64,000 bases of DNA from Shigella phage ESh27, in the sequence record ON528737; one strand, written 5' to 3'. The notes under the pieces were generated by a model. It was not told where the DNA came from. It worked only from the letters and a program-made list of their open reading frames with translations, and made no database searches. Positions 56,117 to 64,000 of the stretch are shown piece after piece (within the stretch, counting starts at the first letter, position 1; each line of letters opens with the position of its first letter). A program made the position numbers and the translations under genes.

Positions 56117-58330
56117 ATGATTATTGAAACGGCTAAAGAAACGATTATTGGTTCAGGCGGTAAGAGCACAGCATTCACTATTCAAGGCAATAGCAAAGTT
56201 TATAAGATTTTGTCTAATGACCTTTATACAAACAAAGAATTGGCTTGTGTACGTGAATTAATTACAAACTGTATCGATGGACAAATTCTTAATGGTTGCA
56301 CTGATAAGTTTATTGTTCAGGCTCCAGGTCGTTTAGACCCACGCTTTGTAGTTCGAGACTTTGGTCCTGGTATGAGCGATTTCACTATTCGAGGTAATGA
56401 CGAAGAGCCAGGAATCTATAACTCATATTTTGCTTCAACTAAAACATCGAGCAACGATTTCATTGGTGGATTCGGGCTCGGCTCTAAAGCTCCGCTAGCA
56501 TATACCGATACGTTTAACCTTACGTCTTATCACAACGGTGAAGTTCGTGGTTACGTAATCTACCAAGATGACACAGGTCCACAAATTAAGCCGACCTTTG
56601 TAGATAAAATGGGTCCTGATGACCGTACGGGTGTAGAAGTAGTTGTACCGGTTAACCCGGAAGATTTTGAAAAATTCGCATCCGAAATTGCATATGTTAT
56701 GCGTCCTCTAGGTGATATTGCAGAAGTTCGTGGTGTTAAAGATATTAAATACTTCCCAGAATTTGATGATGTATATTTGGCCAAGGAAGCTCCATGGGGT
56801 GAACGTGGTAACATCATGGCTGTTTACGGTGGTATTGTATATCCAATCGGAAGTGTTATTAAAGAACAAACATGGATGATGACGCGATGCACTACAGCTT
56901 ATATTAAATTCCCTATGGGTGAACTAGATGTAGCCCCGTCTCGTGAAGCATTGTCATTTGATAAACGTACAGTAGCAAATATCCATAAACGTGTTGCAGA
57001 AATCGATGCTAAATTGTTCGCTGAAGATTCTAAGAAATGGATTGATTGTAAATACCCACGTCATGTGTTCCGTGAAATTGATTCTCTTGGTTATACCGCT
57101 CGTAAATACATGGAAAAGGCCGGGTCTAATATTGAATCACTGAAATACTCTAAAGAACAACTAACTTATTCTGAGTTGTACAAACGTTTTAAAATGGGAC
57201 CTGAGTGGTGTAATCTTGGTGTCGTATACGATATCGTTGAATCCCCTCGTCTTCGTCGTATTCGTGAAAGTGGTAGCTCATCATCAACCATTTCAATTAA
57301 CAGCCTGATTGGCATTAACATTAAAAACGTTGAAATTGTTATTGACGACGTTAAGGGACGCGTTCCATTAATGCGAGCTCTTAATTCAATTGAAATGTCT
57401 AAAGACGAGGTTAAATTATCCGGTAAAGTTCCACGCGGTTTTGGTAAAAGCGTACTATTCGTTGACCCTACAGACGAAGATGCAATGAAACTTCTGGAAC
57501 GCCTTAAAGTTATCTTTGATGGCGATAGCATTAACATGTACAAGACTTCAGAGCTTTTACAAATCGTTAAGCCATGGATTGAAGTCAGGAAACGGACTAA
57601 TGAGCCTCGTCCTAAATCCCCAAGTGCTCATCGATTCTTTAAGAATGAAAACGATGTTTGGGTATCAGAAGACCTCTTTATTCCGGCAAGTGAAGCAGAT
57701 GAAATCCAAGGTTATGCTATAGTTCGTAATCGTTCTAATGCTGAATGTCTTGACGCAGATAAAGGTTGGTTGAACTATGACTCCAATTTCTTGACCCGTA
57801 TTGCTGATTTGTCAGGTATTAAAGAGTTCACTGTAGTTCGTCCACAGATTGCTAAGAAAGTTCGTAAACTTGGTGAAGTAGAATGTTTGTTTGAAAAATC
57901 AATTAATGACTATATTATGCTAATCGATAAAGTAGATTATGATGAGTATGTATCACCAAGTCGTAGAGCACAGCCTTATTTGAATCATATTACTCGTAAC
58001 GAAGAGCTTAATTTCCTTAGTAAGTATTTTAGCTCTAAGAACAAAGAAATCAGTAAAGACTTTGCAAAACTCTCAACAGTAAATAATCGTTGGGGATGGA
58101 ATCGATTCGCAGGTGCTACTAATACAGACCTGAACAGGAAGTTAGAATTGTGTGCTAAAATTTTCGATAAGCTTAAAGATAATGCTTACGATAATGATGA
58201 TAAAATGGTTATTGAATTCGAAACCAATTATCATATTGTGTCAGAATACATGGGACGACGTGGTACTCTTTCTAAAGAACAAGTCGCTCAAATCGTTAAA
58301 TTCATGAAGGCCGTGGAAGCGGCCAAATAA
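56117..58330 (+). CDS. rIIA: rIIA protein
   Basis: 737 aa; N-terminus MIIETAKETIIGSGGKS...LYTNKELACVRELITNCID matches remembered T4 rIIA. Confidence 0.9.
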   Translation: MIIETAKETIIGSGGKSTAFTIQGNSKVYKILSNDLYTNKELACVRELITNCIDGQILNGCTDKFIVQAPGRLDPRFVVRDFGPGMSDFTIRGNDEEPGIYNSYFASTKTSSNDFIGGFGLGSKAPLAYTDTFNLTSYHNGEVRGYVIYQDDTGPQIKPTFVDKMGPDDRTGVEVVVPVNPEDFEKFASEIAYVMRPLGDIAEVRGVKDIKYFPEFDDVYLAKEAPWGERGNIMAVYGGIVYPIGSVIKEQTWMMTRCTTAYIKFPMGELDVAPSREALSFDKRTVANIHKRVAEIDAKLFAEDSKKWIDCKYPRHVFREIDSLGYTARKYMEKAGSNIESLKYSKEQLTYSELYKRFKMGPEWCNLGVVYDIVESPRLRRIRESGSSSSTISINSLIGINIKNVEIVIDDVKGRVPLMRALNSIEMSKDEVKLSGKVPRGFGKSVLFVDPTDEDAMKLLERLKVIFDGDSINMYKTSELLQIVKPWIEVRKRTNEPRPKSPSAHRFFKNENDVWVSEDLFIPASEADEIQGYAIVRNRSNAECLDADKGWLNYDSNFLTRIADLSGIKEFTVVRPQIAKKVRKLGEVECLFEKSINDYIMLIDKVDYDEYVSPSRRAQPYLNHITRNEELNFLSKYFSSKNKEISKDFAKLSTVNNRWGWNRFAGATNTDLNRKLELCAKIFDKLKDNAYDNDDKMVIEFETNYHIVSEYMGRRGTLSKEQVAQIVKFMKAVEAAK

Positions 58331-58339
58331 GGAAACATT

Positions 58340-59275
58340 ATGTACAATATCAAATGCTTGTCCCAAGAAGAACAGTTAGAAGCTTACGGCCTGGTTGAAT
58401 CAGGCAAATGGACTCGTAAAGAAATTGCCGATTACTTCGACATTTCAACAGATACTCTTCGTAAGATTGTTAAGAATTTTAAAGCTGAAGAGAAAGCAGC
58501 TGAATTTGAAGACGAAGAACAGATCCCAGAAAATGATGAACCTATTATCGGCGGACATCGTCCAGAAATCGTATGGAACGCGTCATCTAAATTTATTTCA
58601 ATCATTGAAGGACGCGTAGCATACAATGCGACCCCATCAAGTCATGCAAATTTTGAAGAAATTAAAACTAATCTGGTCGCAGGAAACCTTAGTAAAGCTG
58701 TTGAACTTATTAACGTCAAGAAAGCTATTACTAAGTTTGTTGACGGTAATGTTACTATTGAAGGTGGTAGTTTATTTTATCAAGGTATAGAAATTCGTTC
58801 AGGTCTGGTTAATCGTATTATTGATTCCATGGAAAAAGGCGAAGACTTTAAATTCTATCTGCCGTTCCTTGAAAACCTGTTAGAAAACCCGAGCGAAAAA
58901 GCTGTACAACGTTTATTCGACTTCTTGGTTGCAAATGATATTGAAATCACTGAAGATGGGCATTTCTACGCGTGGAAAGTAGTTCGTAAAGATTATTTAG
59001 ATTGCTATAGCGGTACATTTGATAACTCCCCAGGTAAAGTTGTTTCAATGCCTCGTACTCGTGTTAACGATGATGATACACAAACCTGCTCCCGTGGTCT
59101 ACATGTTTGCGCTAAATCATATATTCGTTACTTTGGTTCTAGCTCAGATAAAGTTGTTAAGGTTAAAGTTCATCCGCGCGATGTTGTATCTATCCCGGTT
59201 GACTACGGTGATGCTAAGATGCGTACTTGTCGTTATGAAGTAATTTCAGACGTTACTGAATTATTTGCAGAATAA
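58340..59275 (+). CDS. rIIB: rIIB protein
   Basis: 311 aa; MYNIKCLSQ...PRTRVNDDDTQTCSRGLHVC...KVKVHPRDVVSIP matches remembered T4 rIIB. Confidence 0.9.
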   Translation: MYNIKCLSQEEQLEAYGLVESGKWTRKEIADYFDISTDTLRKIVKNFKAEEKAAEFEDEEQIPENDEPIIGGHRPEIVWNASSKFISIIEGRVAYNATPSSHANFEEIKTNLVAGNLSKAVELINVKKAITKFVDGNVTIEGGSLFYQGIEIRSGLVNRIIDSMEKGEDFKFYLPFLENLLENPSEKAVQRLFDFLVANDIEITEDGHFYAWKVVRKDYLDCYSGTFDNSPGKVVSMPRTRVNDDDTQTCSRGLHVCAKSYIRYFGSSSDKVVKVKVHPRDVVSIPVDYGDAKMRTCRYEVISDVTELFAE

Positions 59276-59280
59276 TAATT

Positions 59281-59303
59281 GGGGACTTCGGTCCCCTTTT
59301 TCT
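59281..59303 (+). terminator. rho-independent terminator (UUCG loop)
   Basis: ggggacttcggtcccc followed by TTTTT. Confidence 0.6.
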
Positions 59304-59315
59304 TTAGGGGTAATT

Positions 59316-59603
59316 ATGATTCATCCATTTGACGTATCAGAATCCAAAATTGCTAATCTTCGTGGTCATCATAAGTGTAAATCAGTTTATTGTGCTAAAT
59401 TGGTAAAACATCCTGGTGATGCACACTATGGCTGGTTAGAATGCGACGAAGTTGTTATTGAAATCCCACCGGTAGATGCTAACTATCTTGAAGAAGGAGA
59501 CCGCATTTATTTTGGCGAACTACACATCAGAGGTATCTATGGTAAAGACGAACTTGGGACTGTTGAGACTGAAGAATCTTCCGACATTTATCCTGTCGAA
59601 TGA
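59316..59603 (+). CDS. hypothetical protein
   Basis: 95 aa; start moved to ATG downstream of the terminator hairpin. Confidence 0.45.
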   Translation: MIHPFDVSESKIANLRGHHKCKSVYCAKLVKHPGDAHYGWLECDEVVIEIPPVDANYLEEGDRIYFGELHIRGIYGKDELGTVETEESSDIYPVE

Positions 59604-59619
59604 GTTTTTGACTAGTGAA

Positions 59620-60096
59620 ATGAAAGTGAAGATTGCTGACACTGCTCGGTATTCATTGAGCCAAAATCCAGACCAAAACAAAGAAGATGTAGTTCGACGT
59701 TGTAAGGTTGCAGTCTTTGCAGAGTATGTAGTAGCAAATTGGCTAGACGGATATGTTAATAAAGGTAATGAAGACGTAGAAGACCCGTACACATATGCAT
59801 GGGACGTGTTAGCCCATCCTAAATATTGTGGAATTCGTGTAGAAGTCAAGACACATCAGATGGATTCTAAATGGATTTCTGTTACCACAGGATACAGTGG
59901 TGATTATCCGGGTGGCAACGGAATCAACATAGGGCCATTCCTGAATCATCGAGTTGCAGACTGTATTATTATATTGAATGTCAAAGAAACCTCACCTGAC
60001 GTCTTCTCTTATTCTATAAAGTTCGTGGGAGACCATGAAGACCTAAAGAAAATCGTTCGTAAGAGCAACTACAACGGGTGGTATCTTCAACTTTAA
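59620..60096 (+). CDS. hypothetical protein, possible nuclease (denB position)
   Basis: 158 aa; D...EVK segment (DVLAHPKYCGIRVEVK) could be a PD-(D/E)xK-like site; function not established. Confidence 0.45.
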   Translation: MKVKIADTARYSLSQNPDQNKEDVVRRCKVAVFAEYVVANWLDGYVNKGNEDVEDPYTYAWDVLAHPKYCGIRVEVKTHQMDSKWISVTTGYSGDYPGGNGINIGPFLNHRVADCIIILNVKETSPDVFSYSIKFVGDHEDLKKIVRKSNYNGWYLQL

Positions 60097-60108
60097 TTTC
60101 ATAAAAGT

Positions 60109-60139
60109 GTTTACAACTAAGTAGGACTATGATACAGTA
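60109..60139 (+). promoter_or_regulatory. early-type promoter within stem-loop
   Basis: GTTTAC-N18-TACAGT; taggacta/tagtccta inverted repeat. Confidence 0.45.
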
Positions 60140-60164
60140 GTCCTATCTAAAAGAGGATAACATC

Positions 60165-60428
60165 ATGAAATTTAAATTTTTCTACGCAAAACATAAAGTG
60201 ACAGGTGAGTTTGTTTCAATGTACAACACCGCAGACGACGAAGGGATGATTTATACCCATTTAGGCCTATCTCGTTGGGACTCGGACGTGCCTTATATGT
60301 CATCTGAAGCCGAAATAACTCGTCTGGTTAATGGACATATGAACGACCATTTTGGTGTTATTCTTTCTAAAGACCTTAAAGAGGTTATCAACAAAGGATA
60401 TATGGAACTCGCGGAAGTTGAGATATGA
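60165..60428 (+). CDS. hypothetical protein
   Basis: 87 aa; AAGAGGA SD. Confidence 0.5.
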   Translation: MKFKFFYAKHKVTGEFVSMYNTADDEGMIYTHLGLSRWDSDVPYMSSEAEITRLVNGHMNDHFGVILSKDLKEVINKGYMELAEVEI

Positions 60429-60620
60429 GCTCTAAAATGTGGATCGGAATATGGTTGCTTAGTATCCCTATGATTTGTATAATATTTTCAATTGCATTGA
60501 GGTACTTATGAAAAATGCACTTCTTATTGTACTAAAAACAATTTGTGATACGGTTTTTTACATTGCATGTTCTTTCACTGGAACATGGTTGGCTTTAACA
60601 TATTTTAATGTAATTTAATT

Positions 60621-60650
60621 GTTTACATCACGGTACGATTATGGTATAGT
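60621..60650 (+). promoter_or_regulatory. early-type promoter
   Basis: GTTTAC-N18-TATAGT. Confidence 0.45.
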
Positions 60651-60678
60651 AGTCTTATCAAAACACGAGGAATACAAA

Positions 60679-60879
60679 ATGGCTAAGCTTTTTAAAGATG
60701 TTGAAATTGGTGAAAAATTTGTCCTGAATAATGGTCAGCAGCTTATTCGTGTAGCTTCTATCGCCGGACAAACTCATAACTGTATCGCCCCAACGTGTTG
60801 GACTCGATTCTTTATTGAAGATGACACTGAATGTTTAACTGTTGAAGAGCTTTTTGAACGTTCTGATATGACCGAATAA
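60679..60879 (+). CDS. hypothetical protein
   Basis: 66 aa; ACGAGGAA SD. Confidence 0.45.
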   Translation: MAKLFKDVEIGEKFVLNNGQQLIRVASIAGQTHNCIAPTCWTRFFIEDDTECLTVEELFERSDMTE

Positions 60880-60882
60880 AAT

Positions 60883-60917
60883 TGTACAAACTCTTGAGAG
60901 CAGAGTATAATGCTCTC
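60883..60917 (+). promoter_or_regulatory. early-type promoter within stem-loop (PeSL-like)
   Basis: TGTACA-N17-TATAAT; near-identical to 16200..16234. Confidence 0.5.
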
Positions 60918-60955
60918 ATGGATTACAAAAACATTAATCAATTGAGGAAATTAGC

Positions 60956-61402
60956 ATGACCAAATATTTAACTCGTAAAGACCTTCTGGCCGTTGGCGGT
61001 GAAGTTGTTGCAGTAGTTCGTAATGGTGAATACGGTTCCGAAGTTTCTAAAGAGTTTCGTTCTCGTGAAGGTTTTTACTTCTTTGTTAAAGGTTCATCTG
61101 ACTGGCGACAAGTAGCAGCACGATTCTTTGTAGGACGCCAACGTTCTAAACAAGGGTTAGATGCAATTCTTTCTCACATTCGTCAAGGCCGTTCGCAACT
61201 GGCTCGTACCATGGGCACTAATAATATTGAATATGATGTAATCTTTGTTTCAGCCAAGAACATGAAACCTCTGACTACCGGTTATGGTAAAGGTCAATTG
61301 GCTCTGGCATTCACTCGCAATCATTCATCAGAATATCAAACACTCACTGAAATGAACCGTCTTCTGGCTGATAATTTCAAATTCATTCTGCAGAGTTACT
61401 AA
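60956..61402 (+). CDS. ndd: nucleoid disruption protein Ndd-like
   Basis: 148 aa; [30 protein letters not shown] and SHIRQ.RSQLART match my recollection of T4 Ndd. Confidence 0.55.
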   Translation: MTKYLTRKDLLAVGGEVVAVVRNGEYGSEVSKEFRSREGFYFFVKGSSDWRQVAARFFVGRQRSKQGLDAILSHIRQGRSQLARTMGTNNIEYDVIFVSAKNMKPLTTGYGKGQLALAFTRNHSSEYQTLTEMNRLLADNFKFILQSY

Positions 61403-61409
61403 TTTATAT

Positions 61410-61443
61410 AGGCCTATTAAGTTAGGCCTTTAATTTATTTTTT
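61410..61443 (+). terminator. rho-independent terminator
   Basis: aggcct-attaagtt-aggcct followed by T-rich tract. Confidence 0.5.
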
Positions 61444-61455
61444 GAGGTAATTAAA

Positions 61456-61602
61456 ATGGTAGCATGGATTATTGCATTGCTGTGTTGGTCGTTTTTATTC
61501 GTTAACACTTTAGTTACGGGCGAAACAACAGTATTTCAACAGGCCGTATCACAAGGTACCTTAGCAGTCTTAGCTCTTATTAACGTGTTAAAAGGCGAGT
61601 AA
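61456..61602 (+). CDS. hypothetical small membrane protein
   Basis: 48 aa hydrophobic; GAGGT SD; read by eye. Confidence 0.35.
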   Translation: MVAWIIALLCWSFLFVNTLVTGETTVFQQAVSQGTLAVLALINVLKGE

Positions 61603-61742
61603 TGATTAAGAAAATCTTAACAGGAGCCTTCGGGCTCTTGTTGTTGCTTACGGTTCTGTACTACGGTGTGATGTTTGGACTAATCCAAGTAGTGCTTTTC
61701 ATTTCAGATGTTATAATGGTTATTCGTTCATTAATATGGTGA
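61602..61742 (+). CDS. hypothetical small membrane protein
   Basis: 46 aa hydrophobic; TAATG overlap; read by eye. Confidence 0.35.
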   Translation: MIKKILTGAFGLLLLLTVLYYGVMFGLIQVVLFISDVIMVIRSLIW

Positions 61743-61746
61743 AAAT

Positions 61747-63072
61747 ATGCAATTGAATTCTCGTAATCTAAAAAGTATTATTGATAACGAAGCCTTAGCA
61801 TATGCGATGTACACCGTTGAAAACCGTGCAATCCCAAACATGATTGATGGATTCAAGCCGGTTCAACGTTTTGTGATTCATCGTGCGTTAGATTTGGCTC
61901 GTGGTAATAAAGAAAAATTTCATAAACTTGCGTCAATTGCGGGTGGTGTTGCAGATTTAGGTTATCACCATGGTGAATCTTCTGCACAAGATGCAGGTGC
62001 ATTAATGGCTAACACATGGAACAACAACTATCCACTGTTAGATGGTCAAGGCAACTTTGGTTCTAGAACAGTCCAAAAAGCTGCAGCATCTCGTTATATT
62101 TTTGCTCGTGTAAGTAAAAATTTCTATAATGTCTATAAAGATACTGAATATGCTCCAGCTCATGAAGATAAAGAACACGTTCCACCAAAATTCTATCTTC
62201 CTATTATTCCGACAGTTCTTTTGAATGGTGTCTCTGGTATTGCAACCGGTTACGCAACAAATATTCTGCCTCATAGTTTTAAATCAGTCAAAAAGGCCGT
62301 ATTACAAGCTCTTCAAGGTAAAAATGTCACTAAGCCAAAAGTTGAATTCCCGGAATTCCGTGGTGAAGTGCATGAAGTTGATGGGCGATATGAGATTCAT
62401 GGAACATATAAGTTCACATCTCGCACTCAAATGCAGATAACTGAAATCCCATATAAATTCGATCGTGAAACGTATGTGAGTAAGGTTCTTGACCCGTTGG
62501 AAGACAAAGGTCTAATCTCGTGGGAAGACGATTGTGGTGAACACGGCTTTGGGTTTAAGGTGAAGTTCCGTAAAGAGTACTCGCTTCCTGATGATGAAGA
62601 GCTACGTCATGAAAAAATCATGAAAGATTTTAGTCTCATCGAACGTCGTTCACAAAACATCACAGTGATTAATGAAAAGGGTAAATTAGCGGTCTATGAT
62701 AACGTAGTGGACTTAATCAAAGATTTTGTTGAAGTCCGTAAGACTTACGTTCAGAAACGTATTGACAACAAAATCCTTGAATCTGAAAAAGCATTTAAAC
62801 TTGCTTTTGCTAAGGCACACTTCATCAAAAAAGTTATCAGTGGTGAAATTGTGATTCAGGGCAAGACTCGTAAAGCTTTGACTGAAGAGCTAGCACAAAT
62901 CGAAATGTATAAAGAACATGTTGATAAACTGGTAGGTCTTAACATCTTCCATATCACTTCCGACGAAGCACGTAAACTAGCAGAAGAAGCTAAAGCTAAG
63001 AAAGAAGAAAACGAGTATTGGAAGTCTACTGATGTTGTGACAGAGTACACTAAAGACTTGGAGGCACTTTGA
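61747..63072 (+). CDS. 52: DNA topoisomerase II medium subunit gp52 (GyrA-like)
   Basis: 441 aa; breakage-reunion domain (FIHRALD...ASRYIF...RV); position after ndd region as in T4. Confidence 0.9.
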   Translation: MQLNSRNLKSIIDNEALAYAMYTVENRAIPNMIDGFKPVQRFVIHRALDLARGNKEKFHKLASIAGGVADLGYHHGESSAQDAGALMANTWNNNYPLLDGQGNFGSRTVQKAAASRYIFARVSKNFYNVYKDTEYAPAHEDKEHVPPKFYLPIIPTVLLNGVSGIATGYATNILPHSFKSVKKAVLQALQGKNVTKPKVEFPEFRGEVHEVDGRYEIHGTYKFTSRTQMQITEIPYKFDRETYVSKVLDPLEDKGLISWEDDCGEHGFGFKVKFRKEYSLPDDEELRHEKIMKDFSLIERRSQNITVINEKGKLAVYDNVVDLIKDFVEVRKTYVQKRIDNKILESEKAFKLAFAKAHFIKKVISGEIVIQGKTRKALTEELAQIEMYKEHVDKLVGLNIFHITSDEARKLAEEAKAKKEENEYWKSTDVVTEYTKDLEAL

Positions 63073-63148
63073 GTGCCCTAGCCTTAGGATTTCTCGGTGC
63101 AATAGCTGCACTAGTGATTTGGCTGTATTGGTTGGACAATCACGATTA

Positions 63149-63179
63149 GGGAGCTTCGGCTCCCTTTGTGCATTTTTTT
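63149..63179 (+). terminator. rho-independent terminator (UUCG loop)
   Basis: gggagcttcggctccc followed by T-run. Confidence 0.6.
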
Positions 63180-63189
63180 CTCACAAAAC

Positions 63190-63219
63190 AGTTTACATGT
63201 GCTTCAAACGTGATATTAT
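63190..63219 (+). promoter_or_regulatory. early-type promoter
   Basis: GTTTAC-N18-TATTAT-agacctatc. Confidence 0.5.
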
Positions 63220-63258
63220 AGACCTATCAAAACAAAACAACCAAATTGGAGAAATAAA

Positions 63259-63891
63259 ATGTCTAAAGTTACTTACATCATCAAAGCTTCTGAAAACGCT
63301 CTGAATGAAAAAACTGCGGCAATAATGGTTTATATCATTAAGAACAACTTCACCACTGCTGCCAATGTCCGTGAAGCTCTGGAAGCAGAATACAATGCAT
63401 CAGTTGTTAACTCTAACATTGGTGTATTGATTAAGAAAGGTTTAGTCGAAAAATCCGGTGATGGACTTGTGGCAACCGGCGAAGCAATGGATATTATCCA
63501 AAAAGCTGCAGACCTATTTGCTCAAGAAAATGCTCCAGAACTTCTTCAGAAACGTAACACTAGAAAAGCACGTGGAGTTACTCCTGAAATGCATGAATTA
63601 GCAAACTTTGTTTTTGAAAATATTAAAGATAAAGTTGAAGTTAAAGAAATTGGTGAAAACCGTAGTAACTTGGAAGTTCGATTTGCAAAACGAGTTCTAG
63701 GTATTCGCCAAATTGAAATTCGACGAGATGGCGCTCTTAGAATCTTTGCATACAACATGTCAGAAGCTGAATCAAAGCTGTTTACTTCTCTTGAAAATGA
63801 TGTTAAGATTAAGATCGGTGGTAAATATACTTACATTGACTTCCCTAATGTGTCCAAAGAAATCATTACCCTTGTAACTAACGTACTGTGA
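63259..63891 (+). CDS. motA: middle-transcription activator MotA
   Basis: 210 aa; MSKVTYIIKAS...VVNSNIGVLIKKGLVEKSGDGL...AQENAPELL matches remembered T4 MotA. Confidence 0.7.
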   Translation: MSKVTYIIKASENALNEKTAAIMVYIIKNNFTTAANVREALEAEYNASVVNSNIGVLIKKGLVEKSGDGLVATGEAMDIIQKAADLFAQENAPELLQKRNTRKARGVTPEMHELANFVFENIKDKVEVKEIGENRSNLEVRFAKRVLGIRQIEIRRDGALRIFAYNMSEAESKLFTSLENDVKIKIGGKYTYIDFPNVSKEIITLVTNVL

Positions 63892-63900
63892 GGAATACAT

Positions 63901-64000
63901 AATGAATAAGCTGAATATTATTAACGAACTTCGTAAATGTGCAGAACCTACTCAGGAAGGATGGGATATTTGGTACCATGGAGCTTATCTTGGAACTATC
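63901..64000 (+). CDS. hypothetical protein (5' fragment, continues past window end)
   Basis: ATG at 63901 after GAGGAATA SD; open to the end of the window. Confidence 0.4.

Noticed and set aside
59265-59315. Upstream extension of ORF 59316..59603 (track start 59265)
   Set aside because: The extension would read through the rIIB terminator hairpin; the internal ATG at 59316 is the more plausible start.
1-64000. tRNA, rRNA or CRISPR arrays
   Set aside because: No cloverleaf-like conserved tRNA features, rRNA-like stretches or regularly spaced direct repeats with unique spacers were seen; the recurring repeats are promoter cassettes with variable spacing and gene-sized intervals.

Overview
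The window reads as a contiguous segment of a T4-like (Tevenvirinae) myovirus genome. Almost every gene is on the + strand, in the reverse of the conventional T4 map order: rI, the nrdC region, 49, nrdD, nrdG, 55, 47, 46, 45, 44, 62, regA, 43, 42, uvsX, 40-like, 41, dmd, sp, 61, 56, soc, a Mod-like ADP-ribosyltransferase, dda, dexA, 39 (fused large topoisomerase subunit), rIIA, rIIB, ndd-like, 52, motA. The DNA polymerase and its neighbours match what I recall of RB69-like phages, but this is from memory and no search was run. The main accessory signal is the set of loci where T4 carries imm and its two DNA glucosyltransferases. Between 43 and 42 there is a sugar-nucleotide biosynthesis island (SIS arabinose-5-phosphate-isomerase-like, fused nucleotidyltransferase/kinase, HAD-like phosphatase, a Cys-rich 386-aa protein). 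The beta-gt slot holds a 299-aa unknown plus an NMP-kinase-like protein, the alpha-gt slot holds only small ORFs, and a GT-B-type glycosyltransferase sits between 39 and rIIA. Together these suggest an hmC-DNA pentosylation (arabinosylation-type) system; individual enzyme roles are inference. Intergenic regions carry about 20 T4 early-type promoters (GTTTAC-N17-TATAAT), many embedded in stem-loops and several near-identical to each other, plus UUCG-loop terminators and three TATAAATA late promoters. No tRNA, rRNA, CRISPR array, intron or clear homing endonuclease was found. CDS starts were adjusted from the ORF track to the ATG with the best Shine-Dalgarno; ORFs under 60 aa and all promoter/terminator coordinates were read by eye and are approximate.
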